Source of the DNA: Bdellovibrionota bacterium
GTDB lineage: Bacteria > Bdellovibrionota_C > UBA2361 > OMII01
Reading direction: 5' to 3'
NCBI GenBank assembly: GCA_044345405.1
Contig: JBIJBE010000003.1
Location: forward strand, 79,751 to 143,750
Length of the DNA: 64,000 nucleotides
A program made the position numbers and the translations under genes. The notes under the pieces are model-generated. The model did not search any database. It saw nothing but the letters and a program-made list of their open reading frames with translations, and was not told where the DNA came from. Below, one piece after another: positions 61,271 through 64,000 of the stretch. How positions within the stretch are numbered: the first letter of the stretch is position 1; each line of letters opens with the position of its first letter.

Positions 61271-61966
61271 TTTCCCTATGTTTTTCCGATCTCTATAGTT
61301 GCCTTGCGCCTGCCGTGAGGTCTTTTCCTTATATTTGCTTATTGGGAATGATGGGGCGGGGGTAGTTCTCTGACTCCGCTTCTCCTCCTCCAGTGACTAT
61401 GCACCCCCGTTTGTTGACTCACTATTCCCACCATGATACTTACCCCGAGCAACGAGTTTTTGCAGTGTTCCTGCGGATATCGCCCTTTTCGGAGGGAGTA
61501 CGATCCGAAGGAGCTAATCGCACGCCCCATAATCTAACGATTTAAGGGTGTTGCGGGGGATGCAATGCCGGTTCCCGGTGGTACCATCTACGCAGAAGAG
61601 TTGTCAGAAAGGACGAATCCTTAAGAGTCGATGACCTTCGACTTTTTCAGCGACCCCATTCATGCGGTCGCTTGTAGGAATATCCATTCTGTCCGGGAAA
61701 AAAGCCAAGAAAGCCAAGTTTAAGGCGTGTATCGCCCAGCTCCGTAGGAGACACGGGTGATGTTTATTCGAGAAAGGTAAGCTGTTTTACGGCTGGGCCT
61801 CTTTGAATTGCACGGCGGATGTGGTAATCACGGCGCCTCTCTTTGGGGGTGGTCCGTCTCAGTGTGGACTGCGCCCGGATATAGAGAGGTCAGCAAAATG
61901 TAGGTCCCCAGCACGCCGACAAGAGGCCGTTTGGGAAAATCGATCGAGTAAGAGGCTAGGCTAGAG

Positions 61967-62338
61967 ATGCCAACGATAAATCAGTTAGTACGCAACCGAC
62001 GTCGCCAGAAAGTTACCAAGAGCAAGTCCCCAGCGCTTGTTCGTTGCCCGCAGAAGCGTGGCGTGTGCACACGTGTGTACACACAGACTCCGAAGAAGCC
62101 GAACTCAGCTCTTCGTAAGGTGGCGCGTGTGCGTCTCACGACAGGAATGGAAGTGACCAGCTACATCCCAGGAGTAGGGCACAACCTTCAAGAGCACTCA
62201 GTAGTATTGATTCGTGGAGGCCGTGTTAAGGATCTTCCAGGAGTTCGTTACCACATCATCCGAGGCAAGTTAGAGGCTCACGGCGTTGCAGACCGCAAGC
62301 AGAGCCGATCTAAGTACGGTGCTAAGAGACCTAAGTAA
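61967..62338 (+). CDS. rpsL: 30S ribosomal protein S12
   Basis: [38 protein letters not shown]. Confidence 0.99.
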   Translation: MPTINQLVRNRRRQKVTKSKSPALVRCPQKRGVCTRVYTQTPKKPNSALRKVARVRLTTGMEVTSYIPGVGHNLQEHSVVLIRGGRVKDLPGVRYHIIRGKLEAHGVADRKQSRSKYGAKRPK

Positions 62339-62358
62339 GTTTTTGAATAGAGGGTGCT

Positions 62359-62829
62359 ATGTCACGAAAGAAGCGCGATTTTAAGCGAATTGTTCTCCCG
62401 GATCCACGCTACGGCGATGTTGTTGTTGGCAAAGCCATCAACGTGATCATGGACAGCGGAAAGAAGGGTGTAGCTGAGCGAGCTCTTTATGGAGCTCTCG
62501 ACGCGATCTCAAAGAAGACCGGAGCTGACGCTGTTGAGACCTTCCATAAGGCTCTCAGCAACATTAAGCCAGTTGTCGAGGTTCGTTCTCGCCGAGTTGG
62601 TGGAGCTAACTATCAAGTTCCTACAGAGGTTCGAAGTGAGCGTGGACAGTCACTCGCGCTTCGTTGGTTGAAGGAGGCTGCTAACGGCCGTTCAGAGCGT
62701 AGCCTTTCAGATCGTCTCGCTAACGAGCTCCTCGACGCTATCAACGGTCGTGGCGCGGCAGTTAAGAAGAGAGAAGATACACACCGTATGGCAGATGCTA
62801 ACAAGGCATTCGCTCACTTCAGGTGGTAA
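62359..62829 (+). CDS. rpsG: 30S ribosomal protein S7
   Basis: [38 protein letters not shown]. Confidence 0.99.
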   Translation: MSRKKRDFKRIVLPDPRYGDVVVGKAINVIMDSGKKGVAERALYGALDAISKKTGADAVETFHKALSNIKPVVEVRSRRVGGANYQVPTEVRSERGQSLALRWLKEAANGRSERSLSDRLANELLDAINGRGAAVKKREDTHRMADANKAFAHFRW

Positions 62830-62862
62830 TTCGATAAAGGTTTGACGAGGAGAATCTAGACC

Positions 62863-64000
62863 GTGGCTAAGAGAGATTTAAATAAGGTTCGTAACATCGG
62901 CATCATGGCTCACATCGATGCTGGTAAGACGACGACCACCGAGCGTATCCTTTTCTACACCGGTATCACCTACAAGATCGGTGAGGTGCATGAGGGCGCG
63001 GCTACCATGGACTACATGGAGCTTGAGCAGGAGCGTGGAATCACGATTACCTCCGCAGCCACCACATGTAAGTGGAGTGGCTCGAACGGTGATCTCCCTG
63101 AGCACCAGGTAAACGTAATTGATACCCCAGGCCACGTAGACTTCACTATCGAAGTAGAGCGTTCGCTTCGCGTTCTTGACGGCGCAGTAGCGGTGTTCGA
63201 CGCGGTGAGCGGAGTAGAGCCACAGTCTGAGACCGTATGGCGACAAGCTAACAAGTTCAGCGTTCCCCGTTTCTGCTTCATCAACAAGATGGACCGAATG
63301 GGCGCGAGCTTCGAGAAGTGTGTCGCTTCTATCCGTGAGCGTCTCGGCGCTAAGGCACTCCCAATTCAGCTCCCAATCGGCGCTGAGAGCGAGTTCCTTG
63401 GAGTTGTTGACCTCGTTGAGATGAAGGCGATCCTTTACAAGGATGAGACCAAGGGCGCTAAGTTCGAGGTTACCGAAATCCCAGAAGAGATGAAGGCCGA
63501 GGCCGCTAAGGCTCGTGAGTACCTCGTTGAGTGCATCTGCGAAGTGGATGACAAGCTCATGGAGAAGTACCTTGCCGGAGAGGAGCTTTCGCTTGAAGAA
63601 GTGAAGGCTGGTATCCGTAAGGGAACGCTCAAGATGGAGCACTTCCCAGTTCTTTGCGGAAGCGCGTTCAAGAACAAGGGTGTTCAACCTCTTCTCGACG
63701 CTGTTATCGATTACCTCCCAAGCCCACTCGACATCCCAGCTGTTAAGGGTACTGATCCAAACAGCAAGGAGCCAGTTGAGGTTGAGCGTCAACCTGACTC
63801 TGACGCTCCTATGGCAGCTCTCGCGTTCAAGATCGTTACGGACCCATACGTTGGAGTTCTTACGTTCTTCCGCGTGTACTCGGGTACCGTATCCGCTGGC
63901 TCGACTGTTCTTAACTCCACTCGTGACAAGAAGGAGCGTATCGGACGTGTAGTTCGTATGCACGCTGACAAACGAGAGGAAGTTTCGGAGGTATTGGCCG
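62863..64000 (+). CDS. fusA: elongation factor G, 3' truncated by window edge
   Basis: GTG start with GAGGAG; [51 protein letters not shown]. Confidence 0.98.
   Translation, partial: MAKRDLNKVRNIGIMAHIDAGKTTTTERILFYTGITYKIGEVHEGAATMDYMELEQERGITITSAATTCKWSGSNGDLPEHQVNVIDTPGHVDFTIEVERSLRVLDGAVAVFDAVSGVEPQSETVWRQANKFSVPRFCFINKMDRMGASFEKCVASIRERLGAKALPIQLPIGAESEFLGVVDLVEMKAILYKDETKGAKFEVTEIPEEMKAEAAKAREYLVECICEVDDKLMEKYLAGEELSLEEVKAGIRKGTLKMEHFPVLCGSAFKNKGVQPLLDAVIDYLPSPLDIPAVKGTDPNSKEPVEVERQPDSDAPMAALAFKIVTDPYVGVLTFFRVYSGTVSAGSTVLNSTRDKKERIGRVVRMHADKREEVSEVLA

Noticed and set aside
62878-63963. 361-aa minus-strand ORF
   Set aside because: Antisense shadow of fusA, which the ORF track misses because it has no stop inside the window.

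Overview
Bacterial chromosomal window, GC-rich by eye. NusG/RpoB/Suf sequences and gene order look delta-proteobacterial or Bdellovibrionota-like (inference, not searched). The left half holds housekeeping and metabolic genes: yeaH-spoVR, split pntA/pntB, comM, an orphan pilP, tRNA-Pro, asnS, rocD, a saccharopine/lysine dehydrogenase, an orphan VirD4/HerA-type ATPase, manA with a eukaryote-type UDP-glucose pyrophosphorylase, and two tandem fatty-acid desaturases divergent from a putative winged-helix protein. The centre is a rearranged tRNA cluster (Thr, Thr, Tyr, Trp). tRNA-Tyr and tRNA-Trp are each followed by a spacer-less tandem hairpin array (6 x ~67 bp and 9 x 41 bp, homologous to each other). 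Directly downstream is a stand-alone, divergent RelA/SpoT-synthetase-like gene with an altered acceptor-binding motif, then sufBCD with an IscR-like box. Next come secE-nusG-rplKAJL-rpoBC, a ~13.8 kb block of accessory genes separating rpoC from rpsL, and rpsL-rpsG-fusA (partial). Several REP/REPIN-like palindrome families occur between genes, including nested insertions. No CRISPR array, integrase or transposase was seen. The best novelty candidate is the tRNA / repeat array / divergent RSH locus (29.5-32.0 kb); second is the wHTH-like protein with the tandem desaturases. All family assignments come from motifs recognised by eye.
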